DNA of 64,000 nucleotides from Lytechinus pictus. Taxonomy: Eukaryota. The first letter of the stretch is position 1. Each line of letters begins with the position of its first letter. This document shows positions 12,329 to 26,127 of this stretch, one piece after another. A model generated the notes under the pieces. That model saw nothing but the letters and a program-made list of their open reading frames with translations. It was not told the origin of the DNA and did no database searches. The stretch is taken from contig NC_087250.1 of the NCBI RefSeq assembly GCF_037042905.1, positions 21,950,001 to 22,014,000 of the forward strand, read 5' to 3'. The position numbers and the translations under genes were made by a program.

Positions 12329-13142
12329 GAGTTTAGTTGCAAAATGGGTTAGGTCCACCTTGGACCAATCCGAGGAAAACCATGATTTTTATTCTCACTT
12401 ATTGCAATATTCTAATGAGAAACTAAATTGTCATGATGTAATACCCTATCATGTGAACATAAAATTGGGTATAAAAGAAACTCACCTGTCTTCAATTTTT
12501 TGTATATATATTTAAAAAAAATTATCATTGTGGACCTACACATGTAACCCCTTTTGCAAGTAAACTTAAATGAATCCAATCTGTCTTGATTAAAAAAGTG
12601 ATTTTTCTTTGCCACTTTCATTCGCGTTTTCATTTGGATTTCAAATTGTCTTTAGTATCATCAAAGTGACTAAATATTAAGAGGTTTAGAGACAGAAAAC
12701 AATAAAATTTATGAAAAATTGACCTTATCCTTCTTGGCAAATGAGTTCTTCAGAAGAGTTTAGTTGCAAAAAGGGTTTGGTCCACTCCAAGAAAATCATT
12801 TTTTTTAATTCTCCCATATTGCAATATTCTTTTGCGAAACTGAATTTTAATGATACCCTACCATGAGAACATAAAATTGGGTATTAGAGAAATCTACCTG
12901 TCTTCATATTTTTAAAGATATTCTTTTCCAAAAAAATTCTATGTGGACCTAACCCCTTTTGCAACTAAACTGAAATGGACCTAACCCCTTTTGAAACAAA
13001 AAATGTCATTTTAGTTCACTTTTTAATAGGAATTTCAACTTTTCTTTGGTATTATCTTATAGAGCTACTAAAAATCTATACATTAAGACATAAAAATCAA
13101 ATTTGATGAAAAATGGACCTTACCCCTTTTGCAAGTGAGCTC

Positions 13143-13145
<3 letters not shown>
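12326..13145. mobile_element. Head-to-tail dimer of a ~400-bp TIR element (12326-12751, 12753-13145), GAAGAG...CTCTTC termini, inside (TA)n
   Basis: GAAGAGTTTAGTTGCAAAA..GG.T.GGTCCA at 12326 and 12753; complementary ends at 12751 and 13145. Confidence 0.75.
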
Positions 13146-13177
<32 letters not shown>

Positions 13178-14115
13178 CATTGCGTTTTATGCCCCCTTAT
13201 TTTAGCGTGAATGATAGTTACATGCCACATTATCTCGAAATTAAATCCACCTCCATTAATATAGATAAGAAGAGAAACACTACTCGATATAATGTTTGGA
13301 ACAACCGTCAATTGAGATTAAATTTTGCTCGTTCGCTTTGATCTGTCACTGCTTTTATTGATTTGCCTCACATGGTATGTACGTCTCCCTCAAAATATAT
13401 TTACTCTTTACGCTACTGATACTATCAATATTTTGGGTCTGAGTTTCGGCTATCAAATTTCTAGATTATGATTTTCCGAGAATGATATTTGTTGAGAAGT
13501 AAAACGAAGCGTGTGTATACTCTAAAAAACAGTTGGGCAAAACATGTCCAACTTTTAATCAACCATAACAATTTGGTAATAAATTTGCTCAATTGGATAA
13601 TTGCCCAGAATATATTATACAAATAATGAATGTTTAAGAGTGCAATGGACAGAATAGTTCATGAGGTGAAAGATGAAATGATCCATTCAACGAGGCGTAG
13701 CCAAGTTGAATGGATATTTATTTCATCTTTCACCGATCATAGTAGGGCCTTTACGTCGAGATATTGGCAAAGTTTTATTGTCGGTATTATTATTATCATA
13801 CTTATTGCCATTGTTTATATGACACCTAAAAATTGTTTTCTTTTTCACATGAAATTTATGAATTTCGAAGCAAAAAATGCTTGTGCAGTGCGAGATCGGT
13901 CAGTTGATTGTTACGTCATTACAACATGCATGCGCACTTCCGGGCCTGCATGAGCTGCAGTCTCGGTGCGCGCGTGCAATGGACAAAATTGTATGGATCC
14001 AAAATTGCACGATGAATGGATCCAAATTGCACGGTTGATGACGTCAATGCAAAATGGGCTGAATGAACGATACGAAACAACCAATCAAATCACAAGGATC
14101 TATCTGGATGTCACA

Positions 14116-14147
<32 letters not shown>

Positions 14148-14204
14148 GTATTAATGAGGCAAAGTGGTAATGCATTGTACTTAGTTCCAACAGTTTATCT
14201 TGAA

Positions 14205-14245
14205 TTCCAAATTTTCGACGTTAAACATACGTCTTCCTCAGGGAT
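14205..14245 (-). ncRNA. Minimal hammerhead ribozyme motif
   Basis: Minus strand reads UCC-CUGAGGA-A-GACG-UAUGUUUAA-CGUC-GAAA-AUU-U-GGA: stem I UCC/GGA, stem II GACG/CGUC, palindromic AAUU stem III. Confidence 0.65.
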
Positions 14246-14404
14246 ACAATAAAGCTCACAGAGACAAGAACTGAAATAATAACATTCATGATTGTGGTAG
14301 TCATGGAACCGCGCACAAAACAGCATCACCATCATAATAATAATATCACCAGCATCACCATCATAATAATAGTAATATCGTCATATATATATATGTATAT
14401 ATAT

Positions 14405-15144
14405 GAAGAGCTTGATTCCAAAAGGAGCTGAATCCACTTTTGACCAAAATTGATTTTTTGATACAAATATATGTATCGTAGACGTAGGAATCAAATGCAA
14501 AATATCGCATTTGAAATTTTTTTTTGGAAAAATTGATTGCAAATTTCAGTTTTGTTCCAAAAGGAGCTAAATCCACTATGCGGTTATTTAAAATTAGTCA
14601 TTTTTCCTATTTTTAATAAAGTTATGCAATCAATTTTTTAGGTACATGTGGATTCAAGCTCACACCATCTGTGCAAATTTTTGTTGAAAATAAAAGTATT
14701 TTACATTTTTATGAATATATTTGGTTTTAGCTCCTTTTGGAATTAGATATCGCAAAGTCACCGTCCTTTAAATAAATGACAAAATATATTTTTTTGTTGT
14801 TGTAATTTTCAATGGATAAACATCAGAAAAGATGTAAAATGTATTCTACAAGCCATATTTATGTGTTACGTGTTCAATTTCCAATATAAAACATGTTTAA
14901 ATAGGCAGAAATTTACATTTTACTAGGGTTTGTTCCAAAAGGAGCTAAATCCATGAAATCCATTTTTTTTATAATTGATAATGAATGCTAGATTTTGCAA
15001 TCATGATTTAATTAATCTAAGATGGTAGTACTATCGTCTATATCAATATATAACAGCAGTGGCTAAGGGAAAGTGGTGAATTAAATATCATTGATTTACA
15101 GAAAAATACCAAAAGTGGATTTAGCTCCTTTTGGAACAAAACTC

Positions 15145-15147
<3 letters not shown>
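14405..15147. mobile_element. 743-bp non-autonomous TIR element, GAAGAG...CTCTTC termini, inside (TA)n
   Basis: ~38-bp imperfect TIRs; internal repeats of TTCCAAAAGGAGCTAAATCCA. Confidence 0.8.
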
Positions 15148-15182
<35 letters not shown>

Positions 15183-15186
<4 letters not shown>

Positions 15187-15853
15187 AAAGAAATGGATGA
15201 AGAAAACAATGGTAGGCGTAGCTTAAATCAAGGTTCCCCAGTGCTATCTACCCTTTGGAAAAATTGGTGATGCCGAAAAAATGCCTCTGCCGGGAATCGA
15301 ACCCGGGCCCCCAGCTTTGAACGACGGTGCCTTAACCACTAGACCACAGAGACGGGTTAGTGGCTAGGGCGACCAAGATCCGATTGACCGTCAGATAGAC
15401 AGATTTTCGACACCATGCCAATTATAATTTCCATTGTCGGGTGAAGGTGGGTTTTGAACAATGACAAGCCGCCATGCCTCAGCTGGATCAAAGCTATTGC
15501 TTCGATACAGTACACGTATGGGAGAAGAAATACAAATGTGTAAAGTTACACATGTACAACAGCTTTTGGCAACTCTTTTTTATTTGAATATTGTAAAGAA
15601 ATGGATGAAGAGAACAAAGGTAGGCGTAGCTTAAATCAAGGTTCCCCAGAGCTATCTACCCTTTGGAAAAATTTGAAAAATTCGATTCCCGGCAGAGGCA
15701 TTTTTTCGGCATCACCAATTTTTCCAAAGGGTAGATAGCTCTGGGGAACCTTGATTTAAGCTACGGCTACCTTTGTTCTCTTCATCCATTTCTTTACAAT
15801 ATTTAAATAAAAAAGAGTTGCCAAAAGCTGTTGTACATGTGTAACTTTACACA
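15183..15853. repeat. 408-bp tRNA-containing unit, then a partial direct copy and an inverted copy, flanked by (TA)n
   Basis: TTGTAAAGAAATGGATGAAGA at 15183 and 15591; reverse-complement copy at ~15681-15853. Confidence 0.85.
15282..15353 (-). tRNA. tRNA-like gene or pseudogene, 72 nt, anticodon UCA, short variable arm
   Basis: Acceptor GTCTCTG/CAGAGGC, D stem GTCT/AGGC, T arm CCGGG-TTCGATT-CCCGG, T6 terminator; one anticodon-stem mismatch and G32. Confidence 0.55.
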
Positions 15854-15864
15854 CACATATATAC

Positions 15865-15906
<42 letters not shown>

Positions 15907-17410
15907 CATATACATACATACATGCATATATAAATATATTACCAACGTACATTACCCAACACGGGTGGAGAGTATGTTGCCCAATATGTAAAATGTGTAC
16001 ACACGTCATTATCGAACTAGTTTGGACATGAATAAGAAAACTCGTTGTCTTGTTTGCGTAATACAACAATGTAATAAGTCGCCCGCCCCTATTCTCTTTA
16101 CACAATCGCTATACGGAATGAACTTAATTAATTGTTTTGATCTTGTCACCGATTTCAGAAGGCTCTTGTGATTGCACTTATCAAGGTCACCAAAACAGTA
16201 TTTGAACAATTAACCTTTATCTCTTCAATGAACAATAAAAAAATTCCAATTAAGAAATGAGATAAGATGATACATAAATATCAAGGTTAGCACAAAACAA
16301 AAACATTTTCTTAGTCACAGAGTCATTATTAGGACTCTTTCAATACCATCATACAACGGGTACTTAATCTTTTAGAATAAACGATTAAGTTATTGTAAAA
16401 CGCAGAAACGGATGACTGAAGATCTAATCTTTTTTAATATAATGATCAGCTGAGATAGGAGATGATAACAATACCCTTTCCCCAAAATATCCACAAAGGA
16501 CAATATTTTTCTTAATAAACCAACTGAACCAAATTTGCATCTAAAAATTCAGAAGTTTACAATTTAACAAGGAAATTATTGAATCGACAATACAACAAAT
16601 TGTTATACACGGATGCCAAATCAAATTTTACATGATTGCTCGTCTTTCCATATTCCTTCCCTTTATTCAGTGCACTAAGACCTCATAATCTAGTAAACTG
16701 GTAAATTTAAATAAAATCATAATTTTTTTGACATGTCATAACTTTGAAAGTATAAAGAACAATGTCATGAGACTTGGACATAAGGATATTCAGGTATTAC
16801 TAATAATCTTGCTGGATATTCAGGTCACATGATCAAAGTAAAATGTCATGTTGGGTCAATGAACTTTAACCATGTTAGTCTAGGAGATATGGGGGCTTTA
16901 TTCAGAATTGTTGGTGGGGAAGGTTTGACAGGCTTATCCGGGGTAAAATTGGGTGCTGATTCCGAAAATGCCACTCTGATTGATCGTACTCAAGCCATTT
17001 TGGCAAATTTTTGACCAAAAGTGACCACAGTGTGAAAATATATTCACACTGTTGAATTTGAGCTTTTCAGTAGACGTGTAAATCACATAATCACATAGTT
17101 GGCCATGTGAACGCGCTGTAAACAGTCACATTGTCGAGGTGTCCAAGGTGTGAAAATTTCTTTCACACTGTTGAATTTGAGCATTTTAAAAGTGTGAATA
17201 ATACTTCTTTACATGATCCTCTATGTGAACACACTGCGATCATACAGTGTGACACTGTTGTTTCTAGCAGGGGAAGTTCAAATAATTATGGTGAATAAAT
17301 GTCGAAAAGCTTTAGTCATAATATCAGTGTTTATTGCTACTTTTCGGGATCATCAAGTAATATTTTATCATTTTATTTATTCATTTCTTAATTTACTTAT
17401 TCATTGACAG

Positions 17411-17556
17411 AGTACTAGAGGACGCAGCTAAGGAGCCTACGCTGACCTATGAAAACTACCTAAACATCGAGAAGCTCCTGTCTTGCTTACAACTTCGATC
17501 CCCGAAATTCGGCAAATCTGAGCACGACGAACACCTTTTTATTACAGTGCACCAAG
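17411..17556 (+). CDS. TDO2: TDO exon 2 (VLEDAAKEPTLTYENYLNIEKLLSCLQLRSPKFGKSEHDEHLFITVHQ)
   Basis: YxxYL and HDEHLFIxxHQ motifs; acceptor gacag, donor G|gtac. Confidence 0.93.
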
Positions 17557-17685
17557 GTACAAGACAACGAACGTAGAGGGCAGCCAGCACCGGCAAAGTG
17601 CTGCCGCCCTCTCGTTCGTTGATGCTGGATTTATCGAATACTTCATTACTTAACTTTGATATGCGCGTCAATGATTAATATCATT

Positions 17686-17904
17686 CACAGTAAAAAAAAA
17701 TTATACAACGCTGTTTACTATACGAACCTTACAGCAATTGTTTAAAAATTTTAAACAACTGTTTAAGTCTTAAGCAACAAAGTTTAATTTTCAATATCTA
17801 ATTTTCAATAAATTAAACAAAATTGTTTAAACGGTTAAACAAATACTGTAAGGTTCATATAGTAAACAGCGTTGTATTAAATCTTAAACAGTGGTTTTAC
17901 TGTG
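17686..17904. mobile_element. Palindromic CACAG...CTGTG MITE
   Basis: Inverted arms ATACAACGCTGTTTACTATA / TATAGTAAACAGCGTTGTAT. Confidence 0.7.
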
Positions 17905-18189
17905 TTGAACTCTATTTTCATCGTAATCATTATCATGTTTAAAATATTCTCTATGGTGGACATCGATACTGTTTCCATGACTTACGATATTCTTGTTATG
18001 ATTAATGTTAGGCGACTAGCGTTGCAAATCTTTGAGTTTTAGGTTTGATTTAATTTTGTATTATCACCATCATCGTTGTCATTATCAATATTGTCACACT
18101 CATCATGATCATAGTAGGGCCTATATACGTCGAGATCTTGGCAAAGTTTTATTGTCGGTATTATTATTATACTTATTACCATGATCATC

Positions 18190-18485
18190 ATTGTTATTTT
18201 TCTATTAGAATTTGTATCAATATTATTATTTGCATTGTTATTATTATTTGTATTATTATTATCATTATTATTATTATTACTATTATTAATATCATTATAA
18301 TAATCACTATTATTATTGTTGCTGCTATTATCATAATTGTTATCATCATCATTATCATCATTTTTATTTTCATCATTATTATTTTTATTATTATTACTAT
18401 TGTTATTATAATTATAATTACTATTATTATTGTTTCTGCTATCATTATTATTGTTATCATCATCATTATTATTATTATTATTTAA
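18190..18485. repeat. Degenerate (ATT)n microsatellite
   Basis: Direct inspection. Confidence 0.9.
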
Positions 18486-21027
18486 TTGTTATTTGTATTG
18501 GTCTGGATGTTAAAGTAGGGTTTTTCATGGGGAGGGGATTAAAACTCTACTTTATGCACCACTTTGGTTTACTTTGAGAAAATGAATGCAGGAATGGAAA
18601 GGTGTCAGTGTACTTTTCGGTTGAACTTTAGAAATATGAAATTATCTATCCTGGCACTATTCACAATAAAAGTGTTTTTCCCATAGTCAATAAATCACAA
18701 ATACGCTATATTATGTATATTTTTATTGTATACCCCCGACAAGCAAACTGCCAGTAGACAGATCGAATCAATAAAAAACTTTCTTCAAGAGAGATTTCCT
18801 ATCTATGTATTTTGATAATTAACTCGAAACTTAAGGACCTTATTGGAATTGAAAAAAAATTAAACTCACCAGTTATACACCAAAATACAACGTGGACGGT
18901 TTAATGCAATTTTACAACTTACCAGCTTAGTATTTGTTAACCGGTTGAATGCTGAATTATGCAATTTGTATAGGTTTTGTACAGGGATTACCCTGTTCTA
19001 GATGTGAACTGGTTAAATAATAGTACATAGTATTTATCAGGCGCCAATTATCTATAATATCATATTCCATGGCACATTATATTACGAAGAAACGTTCCTA
19101 ATGTAAACATAACAAATGGGTGTCATCCATAGGTGAGGATTCTCTGACGTCATCTTATGTGGATGAAGCTGTAGTTGGATACGTTTGCACGTAGAAAAGT
19201 CACATCATTTTCCTTTATCCCATTACATATACAGACATTATGCAAAGGAAATGTCTTTGGACTTACTAAGTGTTTAAATCAGGGTTAACCCATACTTTTA
19301 CACCATTCTTTTTATTTACTTCTTTGGCTTTGCCTCCTATTTGGCCATAGGTGCTATGTCAGGCAAACGCGTTACTAAATGCAGATTCAGGTAATACGTG
19401 GAATAAGCAGCAAATAAAACTGCGCCAACCTCAAGTTCTACAGCTTTGGGTTTATCAATGTAGGCAAGAAATACTCGAAATGTTAGCTTTCAGTACCTAT
19501 TGGCCTTGCAAATGTAAGATTTAGAAACAATAGCACGACCAATCTTGTCTACTTACAAACGCATGTCACCTCAACTCCGATCACATAGGATGACGTCATA
19601 ATCATTCATGTCGTTGAGAGACACAATGAGGGCCACACTCGAGACTCGCGAAATTGGGTTTTTGTTGCGCCATAAATCTTAATGTTACTTGTCATGTTGG
19701 ATGTTGCAATTATAAAGATTTACATTCATTCCCAACCCATACTTAAAATTAAAAGAAAAATAAACATGCACGAAATGCTCCTGGCTTAAAGCCGGGAAAA
19801 CATTGCTATGTATAAACATTGCTCTGTACTCTGAGAAATGACTGGAATAGCCGTAGAGCTAGCAAATTTAGGTTTTCATCTAGGTTATCGTGCTTGTATG
19901 ACGTTACCAAAGACATCTTTGAAAGATGCCCACGGTAAATATTACCACTTGGTATTACCCTCAGTTCCACCAACTTCATGATTATGGTCTAAACCCATTT
20001 CGTTTACCAATTACCATGCGTTCGTTTTTCCTCATCCAATTCGTCTAATAAGCCATGTCGTTCCTAGTTCCATTTTGCGCATGGTCAGAAGAACGTCACG
20101 TGAACGCATGTCTTGACCTGTTGTCAAATGTTTGCATATATAGTATTAAGTCAAAATAAATTTTGTTAATAACCCTTCAGTTTACCGGCCATTCTGCATC
20201 CCGTGTGACGTCATCTTCAAAAATAATTTTAAAATTCGGAAAGCATTCCCAAGGCTCTGGGGACATTTTTCTTTGGGTGTGCTGATGCAAATTTGAAGCG
20301 CACAAAACGAAAATGTTTCACTACAAAATGGAGATGAACTGGGTCCCGAGAAATTTGAAAACAAAAAAAAAGGCAAAAAAGGGTTTTCACTTCAAAATGG
20401 AGATCAATTTGGTCCAGAAAAATTAAGGCCATTTTGGTAATATTTCTTTTTTTTTTATAATACACGCAGTGAGCACCCCCCCCCCAAGAAAAAGGGGGTG
20501 GAACACCCCCCACTCCCCAGGGCCATCATTATTTGCAATTCATTACTAATCAGCGTTTTCGACAAAATACCAATGCAGTAATAATAATGATTAGCTTTTG
20601 CCAATTTTAGCCATTGAATGACAATCTTTGATGCTCCGAACCAAGGAAATCATTGGGTTTTAGGAATCGCAACGGGTGACGGATTCTACAACATAATAAA
20701 TATATAATGTTAGTCAAATCACAAGGAACAGCTTAAAGGTCTTTGTCGAAAATCGGTGAACCGTGACAGATCGTTCTAAGATTAGTAGCTGACAAAAAAA
20801 GATGAAAACATGCCGTGAGTCCAGGATGACACCGCTGTTTTGATTCGCCGACTCTCGACAAATGCTGCATGTCATAAAGGGTTTTTTGACAATATATTAT
20901 TTACGTTCAATAAAATGTCTGCCTAGTGGTTGCAAGAACGCCCCAATAATAAGATATTGCTCTGGCCCTACTGACTATGTATAATTTACCACATTGCCCC
21001 GATTACTTTTAATATTTCTTTCAATAG

Positions 21028-21161
21028 CTCACGAACTTTGGTTCCGGCAAATGATTTTCGAAGTCGATTCCATCCGAGCTACCTTACGTGAAAGGCCATT
21101 TGATGAAACCAAGATGCTGTATGTGAACAACAGGATGGATCGGATTATCCTAATCTTAAAG
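21028..21161 (+). CDS. TDO2: TDO exon 3 (AHELWFRQMIFEVDSIR...RIILILK)
   Basis: ELWF-Q motif; AG/GT boundaries; phase consistent. Confidence 0.93.
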
Positions 21162-21477
21162 GTAAAATAGTATTGGATTAAATAAATTCCATATCGTTAA
21201 GAGAGATAATAATGGTAACGAATTAAATGCAAGCTAATGCTGACATTTTGCACATGAGTACAATTATATCCAACAATCTTACTTAGTAGTTTTCTTACAT
21301 GCTAGAAAAGGTAATACATGACCAAAGTTTGGATAAATATACAATTATCAGTATCAATGGTTCAACATGGGAATCTAGAATAAAAGGAAGCAGACAGTCA
21401 TTTTTATTTAGACCGCTTGCCTCGTGATGAGACCGTTTATTAAAACAAAAAAGCACTTTCTCTTTTCTTTCATATAG

Positions 21478-21747
<270 letters not shown>

Positions 21748-21864
21748 TAAAAATCGGAAAATCCAATTCGAGTTGCATAATGATAATACCAAACGTCTAC
21801 TTACAATGTTGCTATTTAGGTCCAAAGGGAACTAGCTGTGGTTTATATATTGCTGTGACCCCAA

Positions 21865-22560
21865 GATAGTGATGGAAGGTCATCTAGGGGACAAAAAGTT
21901 AAATGATATGAGGTCATGTTCAGTTTTTGTTCAACTTGCTTTCATTTCTTTGATTTTATCACACTTGATTAAAATAATTCTTTTGCAATGCCCCATGTGT
22001 GTTGTTGAGGATTTTGGGGTCAAATGTCATCTAGAGGTCAAAAGGTCAAGTTTTTTGTTCAAATTGCTCTTTTTTCCAATCAGTCATTTTCACTCGTGGT
22101 ACACATGATCCTTGGGAAATACCACAAGTGCGTTAATGAGGATGATGCTGTCAAAGGTCATATAGGGGTCAAAAGGACAAGTTTAGTTCAAATTGTTCTC
22201 ATTTTCTTTCTCTGCATCATTTCTATATTTCTGCATCAGTTATGGTCACACTTGATACAAATGATCCTTGGGTAATACCACATTATGTGTTCATGAGGAT
22301 GATGGGGTCAAAGGTCATCTAGGGGTCAAACGGTCAAGTTTTATTCAATCTGCTCTCATTTCTTCAATTCTGCATCACTTGTATAAATGATCACTAGGTA
22401 ATACCACATGTGTGTCCATCCTTTCCAAGTTTTTCTTCAACCTGCTCTCATTTCTTTTTATCTGCATAAATCGTATTTTAGTCGGTACAAATTATCTTTG
22501 GTAATACCACTCGCGTGTTCTTGAGGATGGATAGGTCAAAGACCATCGAGGGATCAAAAG
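21865..22560 (+). repeat. Diverged tandem repeat with GGTCATCTAGGGGTCAAA and GGTAATACCAC motifs
   Basis: Motifs recur about five times at ~115-150 bp spacing. Confidence 0.7.
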
Positions 22561-22706
22561 ATTATATTGCATATTTTATTGATCGCGAAAGCAGACGCGA
22601 CTCGTGGTTCTCTCTTACTTTTTATTTTCTTTCTCTATTTCTTTTTCTTTCTTTGATTCTTTCTTTATATTTATATCTCTCTCCATCTTTGTTTATTTCT
22701 TTCCAG

Positions 22707-22817
22707 GATGACCGTATCCCATACATGAGGGAGGAATACCTAACGAAGTGCAATCCTGACAAAAAACAAGACATTCTCAACGCCTTGGATGAGGATACAC
22801 TCTTCCAGATTGTAGAG
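22707..22817 (+). CDS. TDO2: TDO exon 5 (DDRIPYMREEYL...TLFQIVE)
   Basis: Aligns to the RVPY...TLLELVE segment of TDO; ttccag acceptor, GT donor. Confidence 0.9.
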
Positions 22818-23454
22818 GTTTCATTTTTAACTTTCGCAATCAATATATTTAACGATTTTCTACTTGGTGTAGTATCGTTCATAAATGGGTTTTTTCACAA
22901 ATTAGAAGGCACAGGGCCCGTATCTTGAACTCAGGTTTAATGTAAACTCTGGTGTAAAATTGCAGTTTAACTGTTAAAGGGGAAGATCACCCTGACAAAA
23001 CGTTTATTGTCAAAATAACAAACAAAATATTAAAATATATTGCCAAACGTTCGAGAAAAATCCACCAAAAAATAAAGATGTTGTTAAGATTTTAGTAACT
23101 TGATCTGTGACGTCACATGCAAGCCGCTTTTCTACATATCGTATGGTAACGATAAAACTCCATGAAATGTCATTTTCTTTAAAAGAAAATGCAAATGGCT
23201 ATAAAGTACTTTGAATTCAGTATATCAATAGAAACATAATTTCACTCCCGTTTCTAAAAAGTAAACAAAAATAAGTCATCATGAACCATTAAAATTGAAA
23301 TTTAGGCATTTCATAATGGGACAGTCGTTCGTTTATAAAGAGGTCACAAATTGTGTATTCTCCTTCATTTCTTTTCTTGTTTCTTCTGATTCCTTTTTCT
23401 TTGTTTGTATATTGTTATTATTTTTGTCATTTTTTTATTATTATTATTACATTA

Positions 23455-24290
<836 letters not shown>

Positions 24291-24419
24291 TAGGAATATT
24301 GAGCACGCCATGTAATGCAGCATCTACCGTGTTTGAATAAAATGACTCGCTCGCACAAACCATTCGCATGTATCTGGGTTACGGACAGGCCTAAGCGCCC
24401 GTAACAATGCCCAGTTATT

Positions 24420-24944
24420 CAGAAGCGGATCTAGAGGGGGGTTGGGGGGGTTGCAACCCCCCCCAAAAAAAAAAAAAAAATCCGGGGACCATTTTTTTAA
24501 ATCTTATCTTTTTTTTTAAACTTGTAATTTTATTTTATTCTATTTCTATGTATTTATTTCATTTATTATTATTATTATTATTATTATTTCTTTTTGGGGG
24601 AGGGGGGGGGGGGGGGGTTGGGCGAACAAATGTCACAGAGTCCCTTACCCCCCCCCCCCCCCATCAGCTTTTTTGAGGACACGGGCCAAGTGACAAGCTA
24701 GGCCAGCGTTGCCGATTCTCATCCCCAAAATCCCCACATTAAAAAAAAAAATTGTTGAAGTCTTTGGGGATGAAAAATAAATATTTGGGAATGATTTTCA
24801 AAAATTTTCCCTACTCTGGGAGGGGGGACACCCCCCTCCCACACCCTCCCCCCTCGCTCGCTCTGCTCGCTTGGACTCGGTCGCTACGCTCCCTCGCATA
24901 CCACCCCAACCCCCCCCCTTTATAAAAAGCTGGATCCGCCCCTG
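24420..24944. mobile_element. Non-autonomous element with GCGGATC...GATCCGC termini and G/C runs
   Basis: CAGAAGCGGATCTAG / CTGGATCCGCCCCTG; no clean TSD. Confidence 0.55.
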
Positions 24945-25013
24945 TTATTAGTTATTCTTCTTTATACATATTAATTATTCCCAACCCTATATCTTGATTA
25001 TTATGAATCCTAG

Positions 25014-25121
25014 CGGTGGCTGGAACAGACACATGGATTGGAGGAAGATGGATTCAATTTTTGGAAGAGATTCGGAGAGAAGGTAGAAGAACGCCTCAGT
25101 GATATCAAGGCTAGAGAAGAG
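25014..25121 (+). CDS. TDO2: TDO exon 6 (RWLEQTHGLEEDGFNFWKRF...)
   Basis: Aligns to WLERTPGLE..GFNFW; gtgagt donor. Confidence 0.92.
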
Positions 25122-26127
25122 GTGAGTGGTTCCACATTCATGATAATAGTTGTAATATTATATCTGGTTACCCGTACTATCATTTTCGCAGGAATGTCCG
25201 AGTAACTCTGTTTAGACGGGCACTACTCCGATCAAGATAAATATATTTGGAATTTTAATGCATGCATAATAGAAATTTACTCCGACTAGGATCTTAATGG
25301 GGTGTTGCAAAAAACTTGCGATCAATTGCAAGTCTATTTTAGGTCCCTAAATCAATCATATGTAATATAGTTAATTGCAAATTTGTAATTGATGGCTAAT
25401 ATAAGCTCCTTGAAACAAGATGTTTAATCTGATTTGCTATAGCTAACGTTGATCTGTCAGTTGTAAAATTGCGACAGAATATTTGCAATTGATTGCAAAT
25501 ATTTTCTTGCAACACCTTCTTAGTCTGATCAAGTCTTGTGTTTAAGTTGAAGATCATAATTAGAATCTTTGTAGCTAGCCAAGGGTTAGAATGATTCCAA
25601 ACCAATATAGTAAGAGATAATGAAATACCTGACCAAAATATCATTATACAACTGTAATTGGTGGATTTTGTTTATTTATCGTGTTGGTCAAGTACATGAT
25701 CATAAGCAAGTTTTCGTTTCTCTGCGACTGCAACGTAGTCCAAGTTCACCGGAAGTGGTGACATCGCTCGTTCAGTATCACGTTCTTACAATGATTAAAA
25801 CGGTTTCGATTTCAGTCGACGTACCCGTACCAGGCGCGAGCGTAGAGCTCCCAAAATTCCTTCATCTCGCACGTCCTCATGGCTCGTCGCAGAAAACGAA
25901 AGGTCTCTATTGTTAATACCAATATTTCTAAAGCGCTTAATACATTTTATTTCTAAGCGCTAGATACATAGACAAAAATAAGTTAATGATGATAACTGCT
26001 GACAATTAAGGGATGGAGGTAGTAAAATACAAAATAACATGACGCAATCCTACACAAAGTAAAACAGATGAGAGTAGTGTCGATAAATATATATTTAGAT
26101 TTTTTTTATTGATAAAATATTTGATAG

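Noticed and set aside
15282..15353. tRNA-Sec call
   Set aside because: It has a 7-bp acceptor stem and short variable arm, and lacks the tRNA-Sec architecture.
15974..15987. Alternative TDO first exon (ATGTTGCCCAATAT|GTAAAA)
   Set aside because: The phase fits, but start context and donor are weaker than at 394-410; not excluded without RNA data.
19100..20100. Mixed-composition intron stretch that might be a decayed gene
   Set aside because: No sustained frame or recognisable motif on either strand.
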